A DNA stretch of 64,000 nt from an uncultured Candidatus Saccharibacteria bacterium (GTDB taxonomy: Bacteria; Patescibacteriota; Minisyncoccia; Minisyncoccales; CAZBVF01): assembly GCA_964553275.1 (NCBI GenBank), contig CAZKKG010000001.1:36993-100992 (forward strand), written 5' to 3'. Shown here one piece after another: positions 1 through 10,157 of the stretch. Below the pieces are notes generated by a model. The model worked only from the letters and a program-made list of their open reading frames with translations, searched no databases and was not told where the DNA came from. Made by a program: the position numbers and the translations under genes. How positions within the stretch are numbered: the stretch's first letter is position 1; each line of letters starts with the position of its first letter.

Positions 1-1153
1 GTAGAAACTTTATCGATCATTTCAAAAATTTCTTCAGGTGTTAAGGTTTTTTCTTCTAAAAGCTCCTGGACTCCATAAAAAGAAGCTAAATTGTCTGACG
101 GCTCAAGGGAAAGAGCCATCTTGCCCTTGATATTATCCTTTGCCTTCTTAAGTTCTATAACAGAAATCTCCTCGCTAAAGATTTTCTCATATTCTTTTAA
201 AATAGCTGAGATTGCTTTTTCTACATTCTTATTGTCAACACCGGCCTGAGTCACTAAAAACCCAGTATCAGGATTAGCATCAACGCTTGTGCTTATATAA
301 TAGCATAAACCCAATTTTTCTCTCAGCTCAACAAACATTCTGGAACTCATCATGCCTCCTAAAATTCTTGCCAAAAGCACCGTTGGATATCTGGCAAGAT
401 GAAACATATTATACGCCCTCACTCCCAGACAAAGATGAGTTTGATCGGTTTTTTTATGATGCAAAAGGAAGTTAGGAGAATTCTGGCTTTCTAAAACCTT
501 TGGTTTCTTTAAGGAAACACCCTTTGATATTTTAGCAAAGGATTTTCTAACTGACTTTACAGCTTCTTTTGAATTTATCTTTCCCGCAACGCAAATTATT
601 GTATTGGAAGACGTATATTGGCTGTTTCTGTAGTCAAATAATCTTTTTCTAGTCATTTTCATCACATTTTCTTTGGTCCCGGCAATATTCCATCCAGCGG
701 GCTGGTCACCATAGAGGAGTTCCTGCCACAAAACCTGAAGATAACTCATAGGATGATCTCTCAACATATTTATTTCTTCAACTATCACTCCCCTTTCTTT
801 CTTGATCTCCTTTTCGGGCAAAGTAGAATTTAAAAAAATATCAGAGACCCAATCTAAGGCAAGTTCGAATTTAGAAGATTCAACCTTAGCAAAGTATCCA
901 GTATATTCTTCCCCCGTAAAAGCATTGTAAACTCCTCCTACTTTATCTAATGTTTCAGCAACCGCAATCGGTGAGGGTCGAAACTTCGTACCCTTAAAAA
1001 ACATATGTTCTAAAAAATGGGAAATTCCATTTGTTTCTTTGTCTTCATATTTAGAACCCGTTTTTACAAGTACTAATACAGTTATTGCTCGGGTGCTTTG
1101 TTGGGAAACGGTAATAATCCTTAAACCGTTATTAAGAACACTTTTTTTATACA
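1..1153 (-). CDS. M16 family zinc peptidase (insulinase-like), 3'-truncated by window edge
   Basis: Minus-strand translation from ATG at ~1153 gives MYKKSVLNNGLRIITVSQQ...GISHFLEHMFFKGT with the inverted zinc-binding HxxEH motif (HFLEH). No stop before position 1. Absent from the ORF track because it runs off the window. Confidence 0.7.
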
Positions 1154-1235
1154 TATTTTTCTTAATTATACTTTAATTTAACGAAAAATAAAACCCGCTC
1201 TTAAAAACAGGTTAAGAAATATTTTAAAGACATTA

Positions 1236-2570
1236 TTACTCTTCCAGTTTTTCTTTCAAAAAATTAACCAGCTTTTTGATTTCTATTCTTTCCTGTTTCA
1301 TGGTATCACGATTTCTAACAGTAACAGTATTATCTTCTAATGTTTCGAAATCGCAAGTAATGCAATACATTGTACCTATTTCATCTTGTCTCCTATATCT
1401 CCTTCCGATAGATCCTGCCTCATCGTACTGACAGGAAAAATGAGAATTTAACAAAGAATAAATCTCTTTTGCTTTTTTAATAAGTTCAGGCTTGTTTTTA
1501 ACCAAAGGAAGAACAGCTATTTTTACAGGGGCTAGTCTTTTATGGAATTTCAACAAAATCTCAACTTCTTTTACTGCTTTTGTAGTTTTGGTCCTAGCAC
1601 CTTTGATTTCACTATAGGCATCAGTTAAAAATGCATAAAAAGATCTGTCTGCTCCGACTGAAGTTTCAATAATATGAGGAAAATATTTTTTCTCTTTTCC
1701 TGAAGAGTCTGTTTCTGAATATCTTAAATCCCTGCCTGAATGTTTGGAATGATTCGAAAGGTCATAATCTCCACGGTTATGAATCCCTTCAATTTCATGC
1801 CAGCCAAAAGGGAAATGATATTCAATATCAACCTGCCTTCTAGCATAATGAGCTCTTTTCTTTTCGGGAACCTCGATAGTTCTTAAATTCTCTTTCTTCA
1901 ATCCTAAATCCAAATACCATTTTATCCTACGGTCTCTCCAATATTCAAAAAACTTATCTGCGTTTTCAGGACGGCAGAACCACTGCATTTCCATTTGTTC
2001 AAATTCCCGAGTCCTGTAAATAAAGTCTTTTGGGGTAATTTCGTTCCTGAAAGATTTGCCAATTTGAGCAATTCCAAAAGGAATCTTAAGCCGCATTGAT
2101 TTCCAAATATTCTCAAAATTAACGTAAATGCCCTGGCAAGTCTCTGCTCTTAAATATGTTTCAGAAGCCTCATCTTCAACCGATCCTACAAATGTCTTCA
2201 TCATTAAATTAAACTTCCGAGATTTGCTTAACTTGCCTCCACATTCAGGACAAGTATCACATTTTATCTCATCCTTTTTAAACCTCTTATTGCACTGCTT
2301 GCATTCTACAAGCTCATCTGCAAAACCGGCGGTCAAATGACCTGACGCCTGCCAAACCTTAGGACTCATTAAAATGGCTGCATCCAAACCTACTATTTCC
2401 TTATCACCCCCCAGCATGCTCTGCCACCATTCCCTTTTAATATTATTCTTTGCTTCGACCCCCAAGGGTCCAAAATCATAACAGGAGCCGAATCCCCCAT
2501 AAATTTCAGACGAAGGAAAAACAAATCCCCTTCTTTTGCACAATGATATAATTTTCGAAAATGTATCCAT
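1236..2570 (-). CDS. glyQS: glycine--tRNA ligase (class II, alpha2 type)
   Basis: 444 aa. N-terminus SLCKRRGFVFPSSEIYGGFGSCYDFGPLG and class II core motifs (FRNEITP, GADRS). Contains a CxxC..CxxC zinc-ribbon insertion (CKQCNK...CDTCPECGG). Confidence 0.9.
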   Translation of the reverse strand: MDTFSKIISLCKRRGFVFPSSEIYGGFGSCYDFGPLGVEAKNNIKREWWQSMLGGDKEIVGLDAAILMSPKVWQASGHLTAGFADELVECKQCNKRFKKDEIKCDTCPECGGKLSKSRKFNLMMKTFVGSVEDEASETYLRAETCQGIYVNFENIWKSMRLKIPFGIAQIGKSFRNEITPKDFIYRTREFEQMEMQWFCRPENADKFFEYWRDRRIKWYLDLGLKKENLRTIEVPEKKRAHYARRQVDIEYHFPFGWHEIEGIHNRGDYDLSNHSKHSGRDLRYSETDSSGKEKKYFPHIIETSVGADRSFYAFLTDAYSEIKGARTKTTKAVKEVEILLKFHKRLAPVKIAVLPLVKNKPELIKKAKEIYSLLNSHFSCQYDEAGSIGRRYRRQDEIGTMYCITCDFETLEDNTVTVRNRDTMKQERIEIKKLVNFLKEKLEE

Positions 2571-2599
2571 AAACGTTTTTTAAATACTTAAATTATATA

Positions 2600-4288
2600 T
2601 CATCTTACTATACCTTGTTCTTCATCCACGTTTTCATCATCAGGTAAGGTAGTATCTATTGCATCGGCCGTGGACTCTAAAATTTGATTTGTCCATTTAT
2701 CTTCTCCTTTTATCTTAGCATCACTGATTATTTCAAGAACCTTGCCCTTGTCTTCTGGTAAGGGCATTAAAGATACTTGAAAAGAAATGTTCTGAGGAGG
2801 GCTTAAAATTCCCTCACCCATATCCATCTCTCCAAGACTCCAAACTATTTCTCTTGATTCTGAGTCAAAGGCAAAATTTTCAATTTCTTCTTCCGGAAAT
2901 ATCTCTCCCGTCAGGTCAACATTTTTAGGCAAAAGGGCCTTTACTTTTACATTCTCAACATCGTTATAATAGTTCTTTGCTTGCCACATTATAGTATAGC
3001 TGGTTTCTTTACCTACTTGCGGAGGAATTGATCCAAAATTACCAAAAACTTCATCTTTAAAGTATCCTTTTTGAACAACTTCTAATTTTGAGTTAATCTT
3101 AGTTTCAAAATTCTGCCAAATTTGGCTTAAATATACCCTATCTTTAATGGTCGGATTTTTATCTGACTCTCCTTGTATTTCCCAATCTTCTTTCAAATTT
3201 ATCCAAAATTCAACTTCTCCCTCTTCTTTGGCAGGCAAGAAGCGCAGATCAGGATTTCTTTTCCAGTCAAAGATAAGAGAATTGTCTCCCAACTCAAAAT
3301 CTCCTTTATCTGATTTCAAACTCATCATATCAAAGGCTTTTCCTTCCAATTTAACCATCAAAAAAAGATTATTCAAGTCCTTGTCGCCAACATTTCTAAA
3401 AGATATTTGATAATGAAGCAAATCTCCAGGCCGAGCAATGTATTCCGGGTTTCCGTTTATCTGCTGGGAAATATATAAAGAAGGTTGAATTATTTCCAGA
3501 CCCCAATTAATCTCTTTCAATAAAACAAATTCTCCCTCTTGCCATATCCCTAGTTTTGCTTCAAATACCTTATTCTCTCCAACCTTTCCGCTTAACTCTC
3601 CATCAATATTAATCCTGCCCCCTTGATTCCTGTTTAAAAGAGGAACTTCCCATTCGTTTTTTTCCAAACCCAAGGGTTCCGATTTCGTAAACTCAAATCC
3701 TGAAGGATAGTCAATTTTAATTCTCAAGTCAGAAAGAGGGTAATTCAGATTAGAATAGTAAATCAATCCAAGCTGAAGATCTCTGCCTGATTCAAGTTTG
3801 GAAGGTAAATCAAATTCAAAACTTATGGGAACCTTTTTTATCACGGTAGTAAAAGTAGTCGAACTTTCATAAAAAGCTTTTAGATTTTTTGGTCTATAGC
3901 TTAGAGAGGCTCGAGCTGTCTTTAATTGACTCTCTTTTCCAAAAAGACGAGCCTTAAAAGAAATAGTTCTCTCTTCTCCGGGATAGATAGCATCCCCCAA
4001 TTGTTTTTCACCCCTTACCTCCTTTATAGAATTTCCTTCTAATGGCAAGGAATTTTCAGGATATTCGAAAATTAATTCCGGATTTTCTAAACGGATGTCG
4101 CCATTATTCTTGTACTTCACAATATATTCAACTTCCTGGGAAAGTTCTGTTTCTGCGGGACCTAAAATTTCCAATTTTAAAACTTCTTTGGAATAGAGGT
4201 TTTCCTGATAGGAAAAATACCCAACTATTATTAAGATAACAGTTAAAATTATTAAGAAAAAGATGAATTTTTTACCTAAAATACTCAT
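2600..4288 (-). CDS. hypothetical membrane-anchored/secreted protein with repeated beta-rich modules
   Basis: 562 aa. N-terminal hydrophobic anchor (IFFLIILTVILIIVGYF), then a long soluble region with repeated modules. No recognisable catalytic motif. Confidence 0.5.
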   Translation of the reverse strand: MSILGKKFIFFLIILTVILIIVGYFSYQENLYSKEVLKLEILGPAETELSQEVEYIVKYKNNGDIRLENPELIFEYPENSLPLEGNSIKEVRGEKQLGDAIYPGEERTISFKARLFGKESQLKTARASLSYRPKNLKAFYESSTTFTTVIKKVPISFEFDLPSKLESGRDLQLGLIYYSNLNYPLSDLRIKIDYPSGFEFTKSEPLGLEKNEWEVPLLNRNQGGRINIDGELSGKVGENKVFEAKLGIWQEGEFVLLKEINWGLEIIQPSLYISQQINGNPEYIARPGDLLHYQISFRNVGDKDLNNLFLMVKLEGKAFDMMSLKSDKGDFELGDNSLIFDWKRNPDLRFLPAKEEGEVEFWINLKEDWEIQGESDKNPTIKDRVYLSQIWQNFETKINSKLEVVQKGYFKDEVFGNFGSIPPQVGKETSYTIMWQAKNYYNDVENVKVKALLPKNVDLTGEIFPEEEIENFAFDSESREIVWSLGEMDMGEGILSPPQNISFQVSLMPLPEDKGKVLEIISDAKIKGEDKWTNQILESTADAIDTTLPDDENVDEEQGIVR

Positions 4289-4297
4289 ATTTATATT

Positions 4298-5050
4298 TTA
4301 AATTTTATTATCAGAAAAATGTCCCAATTCCTGAAGTAAAAAAGAGTAATAATATTCCGAAACCTCTTTTAACTCTTCAAGGTGGTCCTTCTTCATTCTT
4401 ACTTTGTAAAGTAACGCTCTGTCTTTTTTTAAAATTACTCCTAATATTTTAAGAAAATCCAAAGAAACTTTTTTACTTATCTTTTTTTCTCCCCGAGGAA
4501 GGCATTTTTCGCAAATCACTCCTCCTTGTTTGGCATTGAAATACAGAATTCCTGAATTCAATTTTTTCTGGCAAAAAAGGCATTTTTCAGTAGAAGGCCT
4601 AAACCCTACAAAGTCAATAAGATTCCAGAAAAAGTAGTGATATACTTTTAAATCCCGATTCAGCGAATTTCCTTTATTAAGTTCCCGAAAAGTTTTTTCC
4701 AACAAGTTCCAAATATTTTTATCCCTTTCTTGCTCTTCGATTAAATTATCAACTATTTCAGCTGTTTTGTAAGCAATCTTTAACTTTATTAAAGAATCCT
4801 TTATGTTTCTGAAAGATTCAACAGTCTTTGCGTCAGTTAAAGTCTTATGGGTTTTCCCCTGAATAAATTCAATCTCAGTTAGACTAAAAAGATTTAACCC
4901 TCCTCTCAGCTTAGATTTAATCTTTCTTACTGCTTTAGCCAATAAAGCCAGTTTTCCGAATTCTTTGGTATAAATGGTAAAAAATCTATCCGACTCCTTA
5001 AAATCGCGTTCCCCTAAAACAAGTCCCTTCGTTGAATGGTGAATAAACAT
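4298..5050 (-). CDS. recO: DNA repair protein RecO
   Basis: 250 aa. OB-fold N-terminus (KGLVLGERDFKESDRFFTIYTKEFGKL) and C-terminal Cys4 zinc motif (CLFCQKK...CEKC) typical of RecO. Confidence 0.7.
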   Translation of the reverse strand: MFIHHSTKGLVLGERDFKESDRFFTIYTKEFGKLALLAKAVRKIKSKLRGGLNLFSLTEIEFIQGKTHKTLTDAKTVESFRNIKDSLIKLKIAYKTAEIVDNLIEEQERDKNIWNLLEKTFRELNKGNSLNRDLKVYHYFFWNLIDFVGFRPSTEKCLFCQKKLNSGILYFNAKQGGVICEKCLPRGEKKISKKVSLDFLKILGVILKKDRALLYKVRMKKDHLEELKEVSEYYYSFLLQELGHFSDNKI

Positions 5051-5161
5051 ACAAACAAACTAGCGTTTAGCGATTAGCGGTTGGCAAACAATTTTGCTTG
5101 TTGAGGTTTAACCTCGACATCTTAGCGTCGGCCAACTATAGGTTTAACCCCAGCAGATTCT

Positions 5162-8100
5162 CTAAAGTTTTTTAATTGCAATCCAAAGCATTTCCTTGTC
5201 AATATTAACTTCTCTCTCTATATTAAAAACACCACTTTTTCTTTCCTTTAAGATAAATTCCTCCGCCTTGGTTTCCTTTAAAACAAAGTCTTTTGAGTTT
5301 TCTAAAGCTTTATTCAAATTACCGCTTCCAGAATAAACTATTGAAATCTTATCCTTGGGTTTTAGTTTTGCCGCCTTGCGCATTTGCTGAACGTATCTGA
5401 GAACTTCCCTTGCTGTCCCTTCGCGTTTAAGCTCAGGGGTAATTTTTGTATCAAGTTTTACATCTTTTTTGATGGTATTATCAAAAACTATTTCTTTGAC
5501 ATTTATTTCTTCCCTAATCAAGTCCAGCAATTCTTTTTCAAACCCTGCTATTTTCTTCTTAATAATCAACCTCTTTAAAGGTTGGCGTACCTTTATTCCT
5601 GCAGACGATCTCTCAGCTAAACTAAGAGTTATAATTTCCCTTAGTCTTTCCATGTTCTGATTAAGTTTTTTATCAATCAATCTTTTGTCTGCTTTGGGCC
5701 AGTCGCTTAAATGAACGCTCTGCGTTTTATCCTTTGAACTCTTCACTTCCTGAAAGATATATTCGCTCAGAAAAGGAACAAATGGAGCGCTAAGATTGCT
5801 TAGAGTCAAGAGAATAAAGCCTAGAACTTGAGAAGCCTTTTTCAACTCCTGTTCTGTTCTCGGTTTCTGAAACCTTCTCCGGGATCTCCTGATATACCAT
5901 TGAGAAAAATCCTCAACCGTAAACTTCTCAAGGGCTCTGGCAGCAGAAATGATGTCATAACGATTCAACAGCTCGGTAACTTTTTCGGTCAGCTCATTTA
6001 ATTTTGACACAATCCACTTATCCAACAAATCCTTGTCTTTAACATTTATATTTAATCCGATATCTGCCTTCAAAGCAGAAGTCGTGTAGGTCTTAAAAAA
6101 GAAACAGCAGTTCCAAAAAGTCATGATAAATCTTTTCAGGCAATCTTCAACATCTTTATCTTTAAATGATTTACTATCACAAACTTGATTAATGGTATAA
6201 AAATACCAGCGAAGGGCATCGGCCCCATATTTATCAAAGATTTCAGAAGGTCTTACAATATTGCCTTTTGACTTCGACATTTTTTCTCCTTTTTCATCCA
6301 AAACGGGACCGACAGAAACTACATTCCTATACGGAGCATTAAGTCCAAGCAAGGTAGAAATAGCCAACAAAGTGTAATACCAGCCCCGAGTTTGATCAAT
6401 CCCTTCCGAAATAAAATCTGCAGGGAAAGAACGGGGAGGATTAACTTTCCCATCTTTTAAAGAGATGTAACCGTCCTTTGATGTTTTTTTAATTTCTTTG
6501 GCATTAAACGGAAAATGAACTTGAGCAAAAGGCATAGCGCCCGAATCAAACCAACAGTCAATAACATCTGGAACTCTTTTCATTTTTTTTCCGCATTCAG
6601 GACAATTAAATTCTATTTTATCAATGAACGGTCTGTGAAGATCCAAGTCCATATTGTTGTCATAAGGAAGATTTTTAAACTCTATCTTCTCAAATTCTCC
6701 GACATCTAATTTATATTTCTTGCGGAAAGAGAAGAACTCTTCATTTGAAACTCCTTTTACGGCTACCCTGAGCATACTTAAAGGCAATTCATGACTTATT
6801 ATCAAGATATTTTTACCCTTATACTTTTTCTCTATTTCTTTTAAAAAACCATAAACTCTTTTTTTAACATCAGTATAATTTTCCCCTTTAGGAAACCGCT
6901 TTTCAAAAATTTCTTCCAAATATTTACCGTAATATTGATAGGCTAATTTAACCGGTTTACCATTAAAGATCCCTGCATCAAATTCTCTCAATCTTTTATC
7001 AAATTTCGGAGAGATATCAAGCTCTTTTCCAACTATTTCTGCTGTTTGTTTGGTTCTTAATAAATCGGATGAAAAGATAATATCTATTTTTTTGCTCTTA
7101 AATCCTTTTGCTATTTTCTTAACTTGTTCTTTCCCTTTATTAGTTAACGGACATTTATTTTTTTCAGGCCAGCAACAAACAATATTTTTCTGATTTCTCA
7201 AACTATGCCCGTGCCGCAGAATATAGTAAGTGTTTACACTAACCTTTTTAGAGATTAAGTCTTTTATACTGCCCATTATCTCTCCATGTCCGCATTCCTT
7301 ACATTCCCAAATGGGCAAGGGTGTGCCCCAATATCTTTCTCGAGAAAGGGCCCAGTCTTTCAGCTCCCTTAACCACTCTCCAAACCTTCCCTCTTTTAAA
7401 TGACTCGGCACCCAATTTATCTTATTGTTGTTTTCAATAAGCTTCTGTTTTACCTGCTGCATATTAATAAACCAGCCCTGCTTGGCATAATAAAGCAAAG
7501 GAGAATGACACCTCCAACAGAAAGGGTAGTCATGCTCGTATAGTTCCTGAGTAAAAAGAAGGCCTTTATTCTTAAGATAATTTACAATTATAGATTCTGT
7601 TTCCTCGTCTTTCACATATCTTCCGGTAAGTTCTTCTTTAATTCCTTTTATAAACTTCCCTTCTTCGTTAACCGTATGGAAAGTCGGCAATCCTATTTTC
7701 TTGCCCAAAAGGAAATCTTCTTCTCCATACATTACTGCAGTGTGCACAACACCGGTTCCTTCATTGGAAGTAACAAAATCAGCAGGGTAAATTTTATAAG
7801 ATGTTGAAGTTTTTAATTGTTTTATGTCAAACAAAGGTTCGTATTCTAATCCTACCAATTGAGACCCTTTAATGATTTGAATGTTCTTCCATTGTGACTG
7901 AGCACCCTTGAATTTTTGACAGTAATTTTCAGGAAAAACTTTCTTTTTTATCATTTCCTTAAAATTATTCAAACCTAAAATAATACGATGGTTTTTCTTC
8001 TCCGGATCAGGAATGATTATATATTGGGCATTGGAATTAACAGCAAGAGCAACATTGCCGGGCAAGGTCCAGGGAGTAGTAGTCCAGGACAGGATAGAAG

Positions 8101-8746
8101 TGTTTTTCCATTTTGGGTCTGAAGATATTATATTGAAATTGATATAAACCGAATTCTCTTTAACTTTCTTATAACCCATGGCAACCTCATGACTGGAAAG
8201 AGCGGTTCCGCACCTCGCACAATAAGGAACAACTTTATACCCTTTATAAACTAACCCCTTTTGATAAATTTGTTTTAAAATCCACCAGACGGTTTCAATA
8301 TAATCCGTCGTGTAAGTGATGTAAGGATTTTTCATATCCATCCAGAAGCCGGCTCTTTCGGTTACTCTTTCAAAATCTTTTTTGTAAGTCCAGACTGATT
8401 TTCTACATTTTTTATTGAATTTACTAATGCCGTACTTCTCAATATCCTTTTTATTCTTAAGCCCCAATTTCTTTTCTATCTCAAGCTCCACAGGAAGACC
8501 ATGAGTATCCCAACCCGCTTTTCTCTCAACTTTAAATCCTTGCATGGTTTTATACCTGCAGACAAAATCTTTAAAAATCCTAGCCAAAACATGATGTATC
8601 CCGGGTCTGGCATTGGCCGTAGGGGGTCCTTCATAAAAAATAAAATCAGACGCTCCTTTGCGTTGTTTTATGCTCTTTTCAAAGATTTTGTTCTTATTCC
8701 AGAATTTTAAGATATTTTCTTCTGTTTTAGGAAAATTCATTCGCAT
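5162..8746 (-). CDS. ileS: isoleucine--tRNA ligase with embedded histidine-phosphatase-like insertion
   Basis: 1194 aa. HIGH-region (PPTANARPGIHHVLARIFKD), KMSKS (KMSKSKGN), zinc knuckles WECKECG ... CPECG and DCWFDSG. About 190 aa between the zinc-knuckle halves carry RHG (YILRHGHSLRN) and ISHELP motifs of the histidine phosphatase superfamily. Confidence 0.9.
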   Translation of the reverse strand: MRMNFPKTEENILKFWNKNKIFEKSIKQRKGASDFIFYEGPPTANARPGIHHVLARIFKDFVCRYKTMQGFKVERKAGWDTHGLPVELEIEKKLGLKNKKDIEKYGISKFNKKCRKSVWTYKKDFERVTERAGFWMDMKNPYITYTTDYIETVWWILKQIYQKGLVYKGYKVVPYCARCGTALSSHEVAMGYKKVKENSVYINFNIISSDPKWKNTSILSWTTTPWTLPGNVALAVNSNAQYIIIPDPEKKNHRIILGLNNFKEMIKKKVFPENYCQKFKGAQSQWKNIQIIKGSQLVGLEYEPLFDIKQLKTSTSYKIYPADFVTSNEGTGVVHTAVMYGEEDFLLGKKIGLPTFHTVNEEGKFIKGIKEELTGRYVKDEETESIIVNYLKNKGLLFTQELYEHDYPFCWRCHSPLLYYAKQGWFINMQQVKQKLIENNNKINWVPSHLKEGRFGEWLRELKDWALSRERYWGTPLPIWECKECGHGEIMGSIKDLISKKVSVNTYYILRHGHSLRNQKNIVCCWPEKNKCPLTNKGKEQVKKIAKGFKSKKIDIIFSSDLLRTKQTAEIVGKELDISPKFDKRLREFDAGIFNGKPVKLAYQYYGKYLEEIFEKRFPKGENYTDVKKRVYGFLKEIEKKYKGKNILIISHELPLSMLRVAVKGVSNEEFFSFRKKYKLDVGEFEKIEFKNLPYDNNMDLDLHRPFIDKIEFNCPECGKKMKRVPDVIDCWFDSGAMPFAQVHFPFNAKEIKKTSKDGYISLKDGKVNPPRSFPADFISEGIDQTRGWYYTLLAISTLLGLNAPYRNVVSVGPVLDEKGEKMSKSKGNIVRPSEIFDKYGADALRWYFYTINQVCDSKSFKDKDVEDCLKRFIMTFWNCCFFFKTYTTSALKADIGLNINVKDKDLLDKWIVSKLNELTEKVTELLNRYDIISAARALEKFTVEDFSQWYIRRSRRRFQKPRTEQELKKASQVLGFILLTLSNLSAPFVPFLSEYIFQEVKSSKDKTQSVHLSDWPKADKRLIDKKLNQNMERLREIITLSLAERSSAGIKVRQPLKRLIIKKKIAGFEKELLDLIREEINVKEIVFDNTIKKDVKLDTKITPELKREGTAREVLRYVQQMRKAAKLKPKDKISIVYSGSGNLNKALENSKDFVLKETKAEEFILKERKSGVFNIEREVNIDKEMLWIAIKKL

Positions 8747-8887
8747 ATTTTAAGAGAATATCATTTATTCTAAAATGTCAACGACAAAAAGACAAGTTTT
8801 GAACAAAAAGAAAGAAAACGTTTTTCTTTTATTTCTCATGCCTTTCTTGACTCTTCACTAACTTTATTTTAACTTGATAGAAAGGTT

Positions 8888-9382
8888 ATGTCTAATTACT
8901 TATTTGATAAAATTGAATTAAAATATAACTTTCAGGTGGTTGAAAGAAGAAAATTTTACACATCTGCCCAGCCCGGCAAGGAATTTCTCTCTTATCTAAA
9001 AGACAAGTATGGAATAAAAACGATAATTAATTTAAGAAATAAAACTAAAAACTTTGAAAGAAATTTCGCAGAAAGCCAAAAAATCCATTTAGTTCATATT
9101 CCTTTAATACCTTTATTGAAAAACCCAAATCAGAAAAAGATACTTTCTTTCTTGAGGGTGTTCAGGCAGAAAAATGAACTCCCGGTGCTTATGCATTGCC
9201 GGCAAGGCAAGGACAGATCCGGCGTAATGAGAGCGCTTTTTCATCTTTATTGCCAAAAATGGCCTTCTGAAAAGATATTTCAAGAAATGAATCGAAAGAA
9301 TGTTAACCTTTACTGGAAAATATTTACAAAGGTGAATTGGAAAAAATTTAAAGAGATTGAATACTATGAAAATCTTATCTGA
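8888..9382 (+). CDS. protein tyrosine/dual-specificity phosphatase family protein
   Basis: 164 aa. CX5R P-loop HCRQGKDRSG. The 3' end overlaps smpB by 26 nt. Confidence 0.7.
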   Translation: MSNYLFDKIELKYNFQVVERRKFYTSAQPGKEFLSYLKDKYGIKTIINLRNKTKNFERNFAESQKIHLVHIPLIPLLKNPNQKKILSFLRVFRQKNELPVLMHCRQGKDRSGVMRALFHLYCQKWPSEKIFQEMNRKNVNLYWKIFTKVNWKKFKEIEYYENLI

Positions 9383-9812
9383 AAACAAAAAGGCCCTTTT
9401 TAACTTCAAAATTCTAGATAAGTTTGAAGCAGGTATAGTTTTAAAAGGACAGGAAGTAAAATCCATTAAAACCAGAGGGGTCAATCTTGCAGGATCTTAC
9501 GTTGTTATAAAAGAGGATGAAGCTTATTGGATTAATGCCGTAATCTCCCCCTATCAGCCCAAAAACACTCCTTCCGACTATAACCCAAAGAGGAATCGTA
9601 AACTCCTTTTAAAAAAATCTGAGATAAAACATTTAATCGGCAAGTCGAAAGAGAAGGGCTTGACTTTAATACCCTTAAAGGTGTATATTGGAAAGAGAAA
9701 AATTAAGATAGAGTTCGGAATCGCCAAAGCAAAGAAGATGATTAATAAAAAAGAGCTTATCAAGAAAAGGGAAACCGAAAGAGAAATTCAAAGAAAATTG
9801 AAAACAATATAA
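9357..9812 (+). CDS. smpB: SsrA-binding protein SmpB
   Basis: 151 aa. LSENKKALFNFKILDKFEAGIVLKGQEVKSIK ... basic C-terminal tail. Canonical SmpB. Confidence 0.9.
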   Translation: MNTMKILSENKKALFNFKILDKFEAGIVLKGQEVKSIKTRGVNLAGSYVVIKEDEAYWINAVISPYQPKNTPSDYNPKRNRKLLLKKSEIKHLIGKSKEKGLTLIPLKVYIGKRKIKIEFGIAKAKKMINKKELIKKRETEREIQRKLKTI

Positions 9813-9814
9813 AC

Positions 9815-10157
9815 GGGGATGAAATGTTTCGATGGAACGTTTTTTTAAAACAAGCAAGCCGAGCATTATAGGTTATCTCGTTAAACTGCCTATTAACGTA
9901 TAAGTGCTAACTTATTCAAACAACCCGCATTGGCTTACGCATAATGCCGTTCTCTTGCTGATTCTCGATAGGCAAGATGAACGCTATATTTCGAGATAGG
10001 CGATTGTTTTGTCTCAAACAATCGTTGAAAAATAGAGGCAAAGCGCAGAAGAATTTTACCTGTTTTCCTATCCTCTGCTCTTAAATAAAACAGGTTAAGC
10101 TTGTAGATTTGTTTTAAAAATAATTCCAGACGGGGATTCACCTCCCCCATCTCCACC
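9815..10157 (+). ncRNA. ssrA: tmRNA (ssrA), about 343 nt
   Basis: Begins 2 nt after the smpB stop. The 5' GGGGAUG (9815-9821) pairs perfectly, with one G-U, with 3' CAUCUCC (10148-10154), followed by A-CC (CCA not encoded). T-arm GGGGA-UUCACCC-UCCCC (10131-10147). Internal tag ORF 9906-9944: GCU AAC UUA UUC AAA CAA CCC GCA UUG GCU UAC GCA UAA, giving (A)NLFKQPALAYA*. Confidence 0.7.

Noticed and set aside
287-475. 62-aa plus-strand ORF
   Set aside because: Lies antisense inside the homology-supported M16 peptidase gene (1-1153, minus strand). Hydrophobic low-complexity translation typical of antisense frames in AT-rich DNA.
3147-3410. 87-aa and 65-aa plus-strand ORFs (3147-3410, 4042-4239)
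   Set aside because: Embedded antisense in the 562-aa minus-strand gene 2600-4288.
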